Assembly: GCF_001194135.2 (NCBI RefSeq)
Contig: NC_068989.1
Span: forward strand, 6,248,704 to 6,299,912
From: Octopus bimaculoides
Taxonomy: Eukaryota
Direction of reading: 5' to 3'
Length of the DNA stretch: 51,209 bases
Below, piece after piece: positions 25,683 to 36,562 of this stretch. The position numbers and the translations under genes are program-made. The notes beneath the pieces were generated by a model that did not search any database, was not told the DNA's origin, and saw only the letters and a list, made by a program, of their open reading frames with translations. Position 1 is the first letter of the stretch. Every line of letters starts with the position of its first letter.

Positions 25683-26072
25683 GCAAGCTGGCAGAATTGT
25701 TCAGTATTTGGTCTGCCGTTACGTTCTGAGTTCAAATTCCACCGAGGTCAAATTTGCCTTTCATCCTTTCGGGGTCGATTAAATAAGTACCAGTTAATCC
25801 CTTTGTCTGTCCTTGTTTGTCCCCTCTATGTTTAGCCCCTTGTGGGCAGTAAAGAAATAAGAAACGTTAGCGCGCCGGGTGAAATGCTTAGCAGTATTTC
25901 GTCTGCCGCTACTTTCTGAGTTCAAATCCCGCCAAGGTCGACTTTGCCTTTCATCCTTTCGGGGTCGATAAATTAAGTACCAGTTACACACTGGGGTCGA
26001 TGTAATCGACTTTATCCTTTTGTCTGTCCTTGTTTGTCCCTTCTATGTTTAGCCCCTTGTGGGCAATAAAGA
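25683..26072 (+). mobile_element. SINE family C, tandem dimer
   Basis: Two ...ttctgagttcaaat-ccrcc-aggtc-a-tttgcctttcatcctttcggggtcgat...gtaccagtt units, each ending cccttgtgggca-taaagaaataagaa. The central domain resembles CORE-type SINE domains (recollection, unverified). Confidence 0.85.
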
Positions 26073-26213
26073 AATAAGAACAATAAAAAAAAATAATGAT
26101 GAGATGTCAGGGTGGACCATCAAGGTGCAAGGTGGGCAGAAATGGGTTGGGCTGAGGGGGATGGGAAGCGGCAAGGAAGAAATGAAGGGAAGAGGAACGA
26201 GGTAGGGACTTAC

Positions 26214-26381
26214 ATTTCATATTTTCGTTTTGTAGTCGACATTGACACCTCAACGAATGTATAGGGGAAGCGGTTGAAGAATCATTGTTTTGTGGAAGTG
26301 CAATGGAAAGCAACATTTGTTGTGCTTCCATGGACGATATAGCTTTAGCGTCATCCAACTTTGTAATGTTGGTGTAATTTG
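26214..26381 (-). CDS. Candidate internal exon, extracellular-like (xNYTNITKLDDAKAISSMEAQQMLLSIALPQNNDSSTASPIHSLRCQCRLQNENMK)
   Basis: Acceptor catacattactcag, consensus donor gtaagt, 168 nt, open, phase 1-1, three N-glycosylation sequons (NYT, NIT, NDS). Confidence 0.65.
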
Positions 26382-26529
26382 CTGAGTAATGTATGGCCAA
26401 AGATTCATAAATTAGAATCAGTGTATTAGAAAGGCCTCAAGGTGACAACAGCACTGTCAGGCATCACTAAACAGTTGTAAAAAAATGACAGATGTTTGTG
26501 CTGGCCTTTTGCACACTAAAGTCAATAGC

Positions 26530-27024
26530 AACGACTGCAACAAAAATAACAACAACAACAACAACAACAACAACAATCATCATCATAATATTAATAATAA
26601 TAAGAAGAAGAAGAACAAGAACAAGAACAACAATAATATTAATAATGATAATAATGATTTCTTTTGTTTGCCACCTGGGCAAAGGATGGGAGCAATAATA
26701 ATAATAATGAGAAGAAGAAAAAGAGGAAGAAGAAGAACAAGAACAAGAACAAGAAGAACAACAATATTAATAATAATAATAATGGTTTCTTTTGATTGCC
26801 ACCAGGGTGAAGGATGANNNNNNNNNNNNNNNNNNNNNNNNNNNNNNNNNNNNNNNNNNNNNNNNNNNNNNNNNNNNNNNNNNNNNNNNNNNNNNNNNNN
26901 NNNNNNNNNNNNNNNNNNNNNNNNNNNNNNNNNNNNNNNNNNNNNNNNNNNNNNNNNNNNNNNNNNNNNNNNNNNNNNNNNNNNNNNNNNNNNNNNNNNN
27001 NNNNNNNNNNNNNNNNNNNNNGGG

Positions 27025-27062
<38 letters not shown>

Positions 27063-27091
27063 TAAAAAGAAGAAGATGAAAGAAAAAGAAG

Positions 27092-27145
<54 letters not shown>

Positions 27146-27290
27146 TTCTTTTGTTTGTTACCAGAGCGAAGGATGAGAGGGGCAATAATAATAATAATGA
27201 TAATGATAATAACGATAATAATGATAATAATAATAATAATAATAATAATGCTAATGATAATAATAATAATGATAATAATAATAATGATAA
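26530..27290. repeat. Compound minisatellite: (AAC/AAT/AAG)n blocks separated by a repeated ~40-bp unit
   Basis: gatttcttttgtttgccacc-gggc-aaggatg-ga recurs at about 26656, 26784 and 27143; interrupted by a gap. Confidence 0.7.
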
Positions 27291-27949
27291 TACTGTCAAC
27301 ATCAGATGTGGTAACAAAAGCAGAAGGAAGCAAAGCCAACCATATTAGTTGCAATAGTAACGCCTACAGATGCAAAGCAAAAGAAGATGCAGCTATTGCA
27401 AATGCTGCTGCTCCTGGTGTTGCAGTGGCATCAATGGATGTATCAATTTCGGTCAAAAGAATGACAAGAAATTCCATGGCAATAGTTCATTCATTCAAGT
27501 CGTGGGAGGATGTTTGGAAACGGACTGAAGTGAAATGCCATCAAAGTTTGAAGAGAATTTGATGCTGTTTGTCTTCGGTTTGACCTTGTTTGATCCAGTT
27601 TTGTGATCAAAGACTTATTATCATGACGATCCAATCCACCCGTCTTCTTTGCCCACCATACGGGGGCTCGTGAGGTGGGGGGTAGAGTCCTCAGAAGCCC
27701 CACCCTCCATAAGGTCCAGTCAGTAGCGACATTCATTACACTTTCCTGCTAGATGACCAAGCACAATCAATTGTGATGATATATGTTGATTTCAAATTTT
27801 GGCACAAGGCCAGTAATTTTGTGGGAAGGTGATAAGTCAATTACTTTCACCCCCAGTATGCAACTGGTACTTATTTTATCGACCCCGAGAGGATGAAAGG
27901 CAAAGTCTTATTTAACCTGTTTTTAATAATATTATTAAGGTGAAACACA

Positions 27950-28163
27950 AGGCAGTGAGCTGGCAGAGTTGTTAGCACGCTGGAAGGAATGCTTAGCAGT
28001 ATTTCAACCATTGCTATGTTCTGAGATCAAATTCCACCGAGGGTGACATCACCTTTTATCCCTTCAGGGTTGATAAATTAAGAACCAGTGAAATTCTGAG
28101 GTCGATGTATCGACTGGTCCCCTCTCCCAAAATTTCAGGCCTTGTGTCTATAATAGAAAGGAT
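27950..28163 (+). mobile_element. SINE family C with an imperfect 16-bp TSD
   Basis: ttattaaggtgaaaca (27932-27947) versus ttattaagttgaaaca (28164-28179). Confidence 0.8.
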
Positions 28164-28257
28164 TTATTAAGTTGAAACATACCTACTGCATTTTAATTAA
28201 TTTAAAAAAATGATGAATTTAGTAAACTAACTTTGTGATTATTAATCAGGTGTTTAA

Positions 28258-28453
28258 GGTGGTGAGTGGGCAGAATTGTTAGAACATTGGATGAAATGCT
28301 TAGCAGTATATTGCCCATCGCTACATTCTGAGTTCAAATTCCGCCGAGGTCGGCTTTATACTTCATCCTTTCAGGGTGGATTAAATAAGTACCAGTTACG
28401 CACTGGGGTCAACCTTCCCCCAAATTTAAGGGCTTGTGCTTCCAGTAGAAAGG
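28258..28453 (+). mobile_element. SINE family C with an imperfect 19-bp TSD
   Basis: attattaatcaggtgttta (28238-28256) versus attattaagcaggtgttta (28454-28472). Confidence 0.8.
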
Positions 28454-28559
28454 ATTATTAAGCAGGTGTTTAGAAAATATATTAACATGAATCTTGTATT
28501 ATTGAACTAGGGGTGGTCTTGGGTGGAGACATTTCAAAAGGGATCTGAAAGTGTATGGT

Positions 28560-28815
28560 TGTAAAGTTGTGAGTTCAATACCAGGATCAGGTGGCGTATT
28601 GTGTCCTTGAGCAAGAAATTTCATTTCACATTGCTCCAGTCCACTCACTTGGCAAAAGTGACTTGTGTCTGTAATTCAGAGAGTCAGCCTTGTCACATAC
28701 TATGACAAGGATCTCCCTGAGAACTATATTAAAGGTTACACACGTCTCTGAATTACTAATTGCATGAGCAGGCTGTTCCATTGATCGGATCAAGTGGAAT
28801 GCTTGTCGTTTGGGT
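28560..28815 (+). mobile_element. SINE family E head (ccttgagcaag...tttcacattgctccagtccactca) joined to a family-B-like tail
   Basis: The 3' part cagccttgtcaca...gagcaggctgttccattgatcggatcaa matches the B tail. Confidence 0.7.
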
Positions 28816-29621
28816 TAAGACAAACGATCTAATGTTTGAGACAGAATTGGTTGCTGTTTCAAGAAGATTGGACAATATATTGCTTTATTTTAATGAGAAA
28901 AGCCTCATTAATGTGAAGCAATATGAGAACTTCGATGGCATGGTACTGAGACTTTCTCAAAGCAATATGGAAAAGGCAGAAGAATTCAATAAACTAACTC
29001 TAAATTTTTGAAAAATCCCCAAATAACGTAATATTCTATCAAATTGGAAGTTGAATGGAAAGGAAAGTTTTACGGAGATAATGATTGCTTTGGTTAGTGA
29101 AGACAGCTTCAAGCTACAGGATGAGAATGGTCATACTGAGTGCAGAGAAGAAAACAGAGAATAATCTTTGGTACCATGGTTTTAATCCATGAAACATCAT
29201 CATCGTAATCATCTTTTATTTCTTTCAGTCATCTGACTGTGTCCATGCTGGAGCAACACTTGAAAGGTTTTAGTCAAACAAATTGACCCCAGGAATTCTT
29301 TTTCAGCCTCGTACTCATTATATTGAACATTTTGGTTGAACTGCTAAGTCATACGGATCTTAAACAAACCAACACTCGTTGTCAAGCAATGGAGGGGGAT
29401 AGAGACACACAAAGATATGTAAACATATATATATGTTTGCATATATACATATATGTAAATATGTGTGTGTATGTGTGTGTGTATACATATATATAAATAT
29501 GTGTGTATGTGTGTGTGTATACACATATATATAAATATGTGTGTGTGTGTATACATATATATAAATATGTGTGTGTATGTGTGTGTGTATATATGATGAA
29601 CAAAAGTGTGTAAAAAAAACT

Positions 29622-29930
29622 CCTTCAGTCATGAATGACCATGGGGCTGCACCTAGAAACTTAACTTCTGAGGTATAAGTCTGGCAAGGTTGTCTTATGG
29701 AAGATCTGCAGTCGCTCATGCATACCAGCCTCCTCTCTCCATGCCACCAGTGTTATCCAAAGGAAAGGTAAAGGGGACGATACAGTTTGGCACCAGTGAT
29801 GTTAGAACTAATTTCTACAGCTGAGTGAACTGGAGCAACGTGAAATAAAGTGTCTTGCTCAAGAACACAACACACAGCTTGATCCGGGAATCGAACTCAC
29901 TACCTCATGATCGTGAGCTCCAGAACATGA
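29622..29930 (-). mobile_element. SINE family E head joined to a different tail
   Basis: gctgagtgaactggagcaacgtgaaat...cttgctcaagaacaca...gggaatcgaactcac head; the tail is unrelated to B. Another E head at 47125-47260. Confidence 0.7.
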
Positions 29931-30000
29931 TGTATATCTGTAATAGCTATGACAGTGAGCAGACAAAATTCTTTATCCAGTGGAATAATTTTATTCATAC

Positions 30001-30060
30001 TTGGCAGCACCAATATCCCAAAATTCCAAGTCAATCAACAAAAGTAAGTTTTGATGTGAT
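30001..30060 (-). CDS. Candidate exon (xSHQNLLLLIDLEFWDIGAAx)
   Basis: Acceptor attgtgtttttccag, donor AA|gtatga, 60 nt, open only in phase 2-2. It does not fit the phase-1 chain without further unseen exons. Confidence 0.3.
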
Positions 30061-30970
30061 CTGGAAAAACACAATTGAGGTCAATTGTGATTTTCATATA
30101 GCTTCATTTTTCTCTAACCCTCTTTATGCAGCTTTCATTCTTTTCCATTCATAGAACTATTTATTGATCACTGTATATATTTTTATTATATTGATATTTT
30201 CATATATTCCACTCACACATATTTTAATCATTGTTATATTCTACATATTATTAATTCCTTGCTTTCCAATATTTGTTTGTTACTAATGGTTCTTCTATTC
30301 GTGCCATTGTAGCAAAATAAAGAATTATTATTTTTGTGACATTACTGTTATTGGTTGGAATTCAATTTTGTTCAGTAGTAAATAGGTCTTAAAAGAATTA
30401 GTAAAAAAAAAAAAAATAGAAGAAAAAATATATTAATTAAAGAATGTAAAACAAAATTAAATAAATATTTGGATGAAAATGATTTGGAAATTTGAATTGC
30501 ATAAATAATGTTTAACTTTAGGGGATGTTTGCACAATTGACTTCAGAAACATAAATATTTGTACACTGTTGCTTGGAATCAAAGAAATTGGGTTGGTTTA
30601 AGTGCTGTGATGGTGAAATATTGGATAAATATGTCAAAACACTGAGAAAAACATATTGTGGAGAAAGAAAAATTCTTGTTCAAGATTGTTTCATGTCTGG
30701 TTCCATATGACAGCAAGAGAATGGTTCTGTATTCTTTTACGTTTTGTCTTTTTCAGTCTGTAGACTGTGGCCATGCTGGAGCAAACCTCCAAGAATTTTT
30801 GTTGAACAAATCTATCACAGTATTTATATTTTTGTAATGCTTGATACTTATTTTATCAGTCTGTTTTGCTAAACCACTAAGTTACATGGATGTAAACACA
30901 CAACATCAGTTATCAAGCAGTGATGGGAAAAAAACACAGATATGAAGACACACACACGACTCTGTGTGTG

Positions 30971-31014
<44 letters not shown>

Positions 31015-31828
31015 CAATGTTAATTCTCTAAATGAAGTATTAACAGTAACTGCACGATAAAGTGTAGTATATTGCCACTTAAGTGTGGCTGACCCCTAGG
31101 GGTGGATGTTACTGTTGCTTTTAGCCCCAAGAGGACATCTCCTCCAGCTGGCTTATCGACACACGACTGTGTCCTGTTTGCCAAGGGTAGTTATCCCTCT
31201 CACCAACATCTGCAGCACGAACGGATCCGNNNNNNNNNNNNNNNNNNNNNNNNNNNNNNNNNNNNNNNNNNNNNNNNNNNNNNNNNNNNNNNNNNNNNNN
31301 NNNNNNNNNNNNNNNNNNNNNNNNNNNNNNNNNNNNNNNNNNNNNNNNNNNNNNNNNNNNNNNNNNNNNNNNNNNNNNNNNNNNNNNNNNNNNNNNNNNN
31401 NNNNNNNNNNNNNNNNNNNNNNNNNNNNNNNNNNNNNNNNNNNNNNNNNNNNNNNNNNNNNNNNNNNNNNNNNNNNNNNNNNNNNNNNNNNNNNNNNNNN
31501 NNNNNNNNNNNNNNNNNNNNNNNNNNNNNNNNNNNNNNNNNNNNNNNNNNNNNNNNNNNNNNNNNNNNNNNNNNNNNNNNNNNNNNNNNNNNNNNNNNNN
31601 NNNNNNNNNNNNNNNNNNNNNNNNNNNNNNNNNNNNNNNNNNNNNNNNNNNNNNNNNNNNNNNNNNNNNNNNNNNNNNNNNNNNNNNNNNNNNNNNNNNN
31701 NNNNNNNNNNNNNNNNNNNNNNNNNNNNNNNNNNNNNNNNNNNNNNNNNNNNNNNNNNNNNNNNNNNNNAATGGATGTATTAGTTTAACGCTCGGGAATA
31801 GAGAAAGTCTTTGACATTTCCAGCTTAC

Positions 31829-31837
31829 GCTCTTCAA
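31829..31837 (-). CDS. Candidate 9-nt microexon TTGAAGAGC (phase 1-1, xEE)
   Basis: Preceded on the minus strand by a CTGAC branch-like motif and about 45 nt of polypyrimidine ending cctttcag; followed by gtaagc. Confidence 0.35.
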
Positions 31838-32189
31838 CTGAAAGGAACACAGAAAGAAATAAGGAGAGAAACAAGGAGAGAAAAAAATAAATGTAGTGGT
31901 CAGCGATCTATCATGGCGAATGCCGGACAGAAGGATCACACAGGAGAGCTAAGAAAAAGGGGAGATAACAAAGAAGTGGTGAACCCAAGACAAGAAACTG
32001 CGTGTATGTGAGGGAATGCTGGTGATGTTTACGTATGTATGTGTGTCTGTAGGTGTGAAGGTGTGAAAATGTGGGGAGGGAAATTGGTCAGTGCTGGTGT
32101 GTGGGTGGAGGGGTGTTGTGTGATATGGTGTAGTGTGGTGTGATGTAAGGGTGTTGGGAGGTGGGAGTTGGGAGGTAGGGAAGGCGAAG

Positions 32190-32414
32190 GCGGGGAGGCG
32201 AGAGTGTAGTGAGTGCTTTTTACATGCCACCAGCACGGGTACCAGTTAGGCAGCTCTGGCATCGGCCATACTCAAATCGTCCTTTTTACATGCCACCAGT
32301 ATGGATGCCAGCCAGGCGGCTCTGGCATCAGCCACACTGGAATAGTGCTTTTTATGTGCCACCAGCATGGTACTGGCATCAACCACGACTACAAACTCAC
32401 TTGGCTTGACATGT
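32190..32414 (-). mobile_element. RTE LINE 3' UTR tandem subunits, inverted relative to the adjacent RT fragment
   Basis: Three ttttta(c/t)(a/g)tgccaccag units, the reverse complement of the 16380 subunits. Confidence 0.75.
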
Positions 32415-32672
32415 CTTCTCAATGACAGAAGTATCAAATTGTTGGATGAGGTGATGAAAGTCGCAGAGAGGATCATAATCCAATTAATTACGGAGAGAGT
32501 TAGTTTGGATGAGATACGATCTGGGTTTGTGCCAGGGAGAAGCACCACTGATGCTATATTTCTGGTAAGACAGCTGCAGGAGAAATACCTAGCCAAAGAT
32601 AAACCTCTGTACTTGGCTTTTGTTGACTTGGAGAAAACCTTTGACAGGGTCCCTTGATCCCTTATCTGGTGG
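32415..32672 (+). pseudogene. RTE-clade LINE reverse transcriptase fragment
   Basis: IKLLDEVMKVAERII...GFVPGRSTTDAIFLVRQLQEKYLAKDKPLYLAFVDLEKTFDRVP*SLIWW: non-LTR RT N-terminal motifs with an in-frame stop. Confidence 0.93.
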
Positions 32673-34348
32673 TTAATACACACATATATATGATAGGCCT
32701 TTTTACAGATTTATTCACAAGGTTTCGGCTGGCATAGTGCTATAATAGAAGACATTTGCTCAAGGCATCATGCAGCAATATTGAACCGAGAACCGTGTGG
32801 CTGGGAAGTAATTTTCTTACGACACAGCCAATCCTGAACTTATAAACCATCCTTCATTCATACTCTATTACCTTAAAGAAGAAAGGAGACATAGGATAAT
32901 GCAGCACTAGATACACTATACCTGAAAAAGAACTTCAAAACGAAGCGAGACGATCATAGATGGAGCGCCTTTGATTAAGATCTACGTAAACAAGGTTTGA
33001 CCACTATCAACAGCAAAAACCCATTTCTAGCAAAAGAAAATGGTAGAGCGATAATATCTGTAATGTGTGTTACTGTTGTTGTTAACGTTGATGGTTGTGG
33101 CAGTATTGTTACTGCTGATGGTGATGATGACGATGATTGCTGTTGTTGTTGTTGTTGTTGTTGGTTGTGGCCAAAATGTATAAGAAAACAAAGCTGAAAT
33201 GATATAAAAATACTCTCCTAGAGCTGTGGAAATATTCAATACTAAATATATGAATTAGATCAATACTTCATTTAAGATTGGTGCCCTAGCCTAGGGCTTT
33301 TGGTTTACTGCACAAAAGCTTGGGTTTCTGCAATGAAACTACACGCATACAACAATTACGCACATGTATGCGTATTTGCGAACCTGATTATGCGCGTATG
33401 TAAGTGCACGAACGAGCGCATGTATGCGAACAAAGTACAAATAATAAAAGCACAAAGTTTTTTTTTGTTCGTTTGCTTTTTCTCCCCGCCCCACCCAACG
33501 CTCCATTTCCAGATACTGATATGTTTATTATTAGGGATATAAATAAGACTCAAGTAACTGCGGTTCAAATTGCTTCCTGACCTACCTCTAAGAGTAAGTG
33601 GATGGGGCGGGAGGGGTGGGGGTGGGGGGCACTCACATTTAAGGCAAACCTACGTTTCTATGTTGAAATTTATACAGATTTTTCTGTGTTTAATATTCGG
33701 TTCCATTATATGGCACAGAGGTTTCCGTATCATGTAGTTAATTTGGTGCTTTCACCAAATACGCACACACACATATGCATATGCAATCACGCGCATGCAT
33801 ATGCACTCATACACAAATGTACAGATACACACATACACATATGCACACAAACACACATGTACACACACCCACAAATGCACAGACACATGCACACACGTGT
33901 ACACATACATGCACATATGCACACACATGCACATGCATACACATATACACACATGTATGCATACATACACGCACATATGCACACATGTATGCAGACATAC
34001 ACAAATACACACATGTATGCATACATGCACACACATATACACACATACACACACACAGACAGACTAACACACACAGACAGACTAACACACANNNNNNNNN
34101 NNNNNNNNNNNNNNNNNNNNNNNNNNNNNNNNNNNNNACTGGGGTCAATCTAATCAACTGGCACCCTTCCCCAAAATTTCAGGCCTTGTGCCTAGAGTAG
34201 AAGGATATATTTAACCAAGCTTGATGATCGCCAAGAACAATAACAACTGCAGAGAAATTAATTTGTTAGGAGATAAAGAAAACGAAAAATTTTTTAAATT
34301 ATGAAATATCTAAAGACAGCAAATAAATAAATATATATATATGCATGC

Positions 34349-34389
<41 letters not shown>

Positions 34390-34669
34390 ATTGTGTGTGT
34401 GTGTGTGTAAAGATATATACATATGTATATAAAGTAAAAGTTTAAATTTCTGGAAGTTGGTCAAAGAATAATGAATTACATAATTCCGTTAGATATGATG
34501 CAGTTTGGGGATTTGTTGGCGCCAGGAATTTGGCAAGTCTATTGAAATGATGTTCTTGGAATTTCCTTTTCATTATTAACAAGTCAAGGAAGTGAAAATT
34601 TGACAGGTGTCTTTGAAGCAACAAGAAACTTTAATGTGTGAATGTGTGTGTGTGCGTGCGTGCGTGCGT

Positions 34670-34702
<33 letters not shown>

Positions 34703-35879
34703 GTATATTGATGAGAATTTCAATCTCTAATCTTCGTATATGTTGATATAGTTATGCATTTGAATATATTTGAGATTCACACACACACACAAATGTATGT
34801 ATATATATATATGTGTGTATATGTGTGTATGCATATTTATATGTATGCATATATACATATATATATATATACATATATATATACATACATATATATATAC
34901 ATACATATATACATACATACATANNNNNNNNNNNNNNNNNNNNNNNNNNNNNNNNNNNNNNNNNNNNNNNNNNNNNNNNNNNNNNNNNNNNNNNNNNNNN
35001 NNNNNNNNNNNNNNNNNNNNNNNNNNNNNNNNNNNNNNNNNNNNNNNNNNNNNNNNNNNNNNNNNNNNNNNNNNNNNNNNNNNNNNNNNNNNNNNNNNNN
35101 NNNNNNNNNNNNNNNNNNNNNNNNNNNNNNNNNNNNNNNNNNNNNNNNNNNNNNNNNNNNNNNNNNNNNNNNNNNNNNNNNNNNNNNNNNNNNNNNNNNN
35201 NNNNNNNNNNNNNNNNNNNNNNNNNNNNNNNNNNNNNNNNNNNNNNNNNNNNNATATATATATATATATATATACACATATGATCAAATATATCAATATA
35301 CAAATATACATCAGTCTCTCTCACCCGCTTTCTCTTTCCTTCTCTCTCTCTGTATATATATGTGTGTGTGTGCATGTGTATGTGTGCGTGTATCTTGTGT
35401 GTGTATGTGTGTGTAACTGTACGAATATGTCCATTTGTACAGTAGAGAATATTTGAGTTATATGTTAAATGAAGCTTTTCTTTATTTAGTATACGGACAT
35501 ATTTGCATGTGTGTGTGTGTGTGTGTGTGTGTATACAAGGGAGAATGAGATAAAGAGAAAGAGAAAGAGAGAGAATGTGCAAGATTGTATTTGTGTGTGT
35601 GTACACATATGCATGAAATACCTTTGTTGAAACGTGTTACGCCCTACATGCATGAATCGGTGACTCTCCCATTAAGCCTACATGCATGTCCATGCACGTG
35701 TTTAAATACAAGTTTGCAAATATTATATCAGTCTGTTTGTAAGGTTATGTTTGCACAGCTGTACATATACATACATGTAGGTGTATATATATATATATAC
35801 TCATATATATATATCATATATATATATATACTCATATATATCATTATCATCGTCGTCGTCGTTGTTGTTGTTATTTTCC

Positions 35880-36060
35880 TTTTACATCTGTTTCCCTTCT
35901 TGCTATGGGTTGGACAGTTTGACCAGAGCTGGCATACCAGAAACCTGCACCAGGCTCCTGGCTGTTTTGGCTAAGCTTCTATAGCTGGATGCCCTTCCCG
36001 ATACTGACCACTTAACAAAATGTGCTGGATGCTTTTTAGCATGGCACCAGCACAGGGCTC
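35880..36060 (-). mobile_element. RTE-type 3' tail fragment
   Basis: Reverse complement of the ...aagggcatccagctatagaa...ccaacccatagcaag...gatgtaaaa tail. Confidence 0.65.
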
Positions 36061-36139
36061 TTGCTGGCCAATCCTCATCACCAGCAGTGAAGGCACCTAA
36101 ACACTTCTCCTGTGGAACGCTCATATATACACACATACC

Positions 36140-36562
36140 TATGGATTAGATCGACCTCAGTATGCAACTGGTACTTAATTCATCGACCTGGAAGGGATGA
36201 AAGGCAAAGTTAACCTCAGCAGAATTATCGACCCAGAAACATTTGTTTTGCAAAGACTTCCGACCTCGACGGAATTTGAACTCAGAATGCAAAGACGGAC
36301 AAAATACCTTTAAGCATTTTGCCCAGTGTACTAACAATTCTACCTTTCAATATTCTTTTCTACTCTAGGCGAAATTTTGGGGAAGGCAGGGCCAGTCGAT
36401 TAGATAAACCTCAGTACACAACTGGTACTTAATTTATCGACCCAGAAATGATGAAAAGCAAAGTCAACCTCAGTAGAATTTGAACTCAGAACGAAGTGGC
36501 AGGCAACATACTATTAAGCATTTTGCCCAGCATGCTAACAATTCTGCCAGCTCACTGCCTTG
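36140..36562 (-). mobile_element. SINE family C, two adjacent copies
   Basis: Two reverse-complement copies of the C body. Further C copies at 9075-9178 plus 9582-9690, 12495-12695, 27790-27905 (-) and 34137-34205. Confidence 0.85.

Noticed and set aside
29074-29113. 40-nt minus-strand exon candidate and the overlapping plus ORF 28830-29011
   Set aside because: Two phases are open, the donor is moderate, and the opposite strand looks equally coding. It cannot be supported.
29981-30043. Plus-strand exon-like segments (29981-30043, 10067-10107, 11179-11235, donor at about 21678)
   Set aside because: Splice-like signals exist, but there is no recognisable domain or coherent plus-strand chain, and two overlap or abut minus-strand candidates. 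Treated as pseudo-exons, though not excluded.
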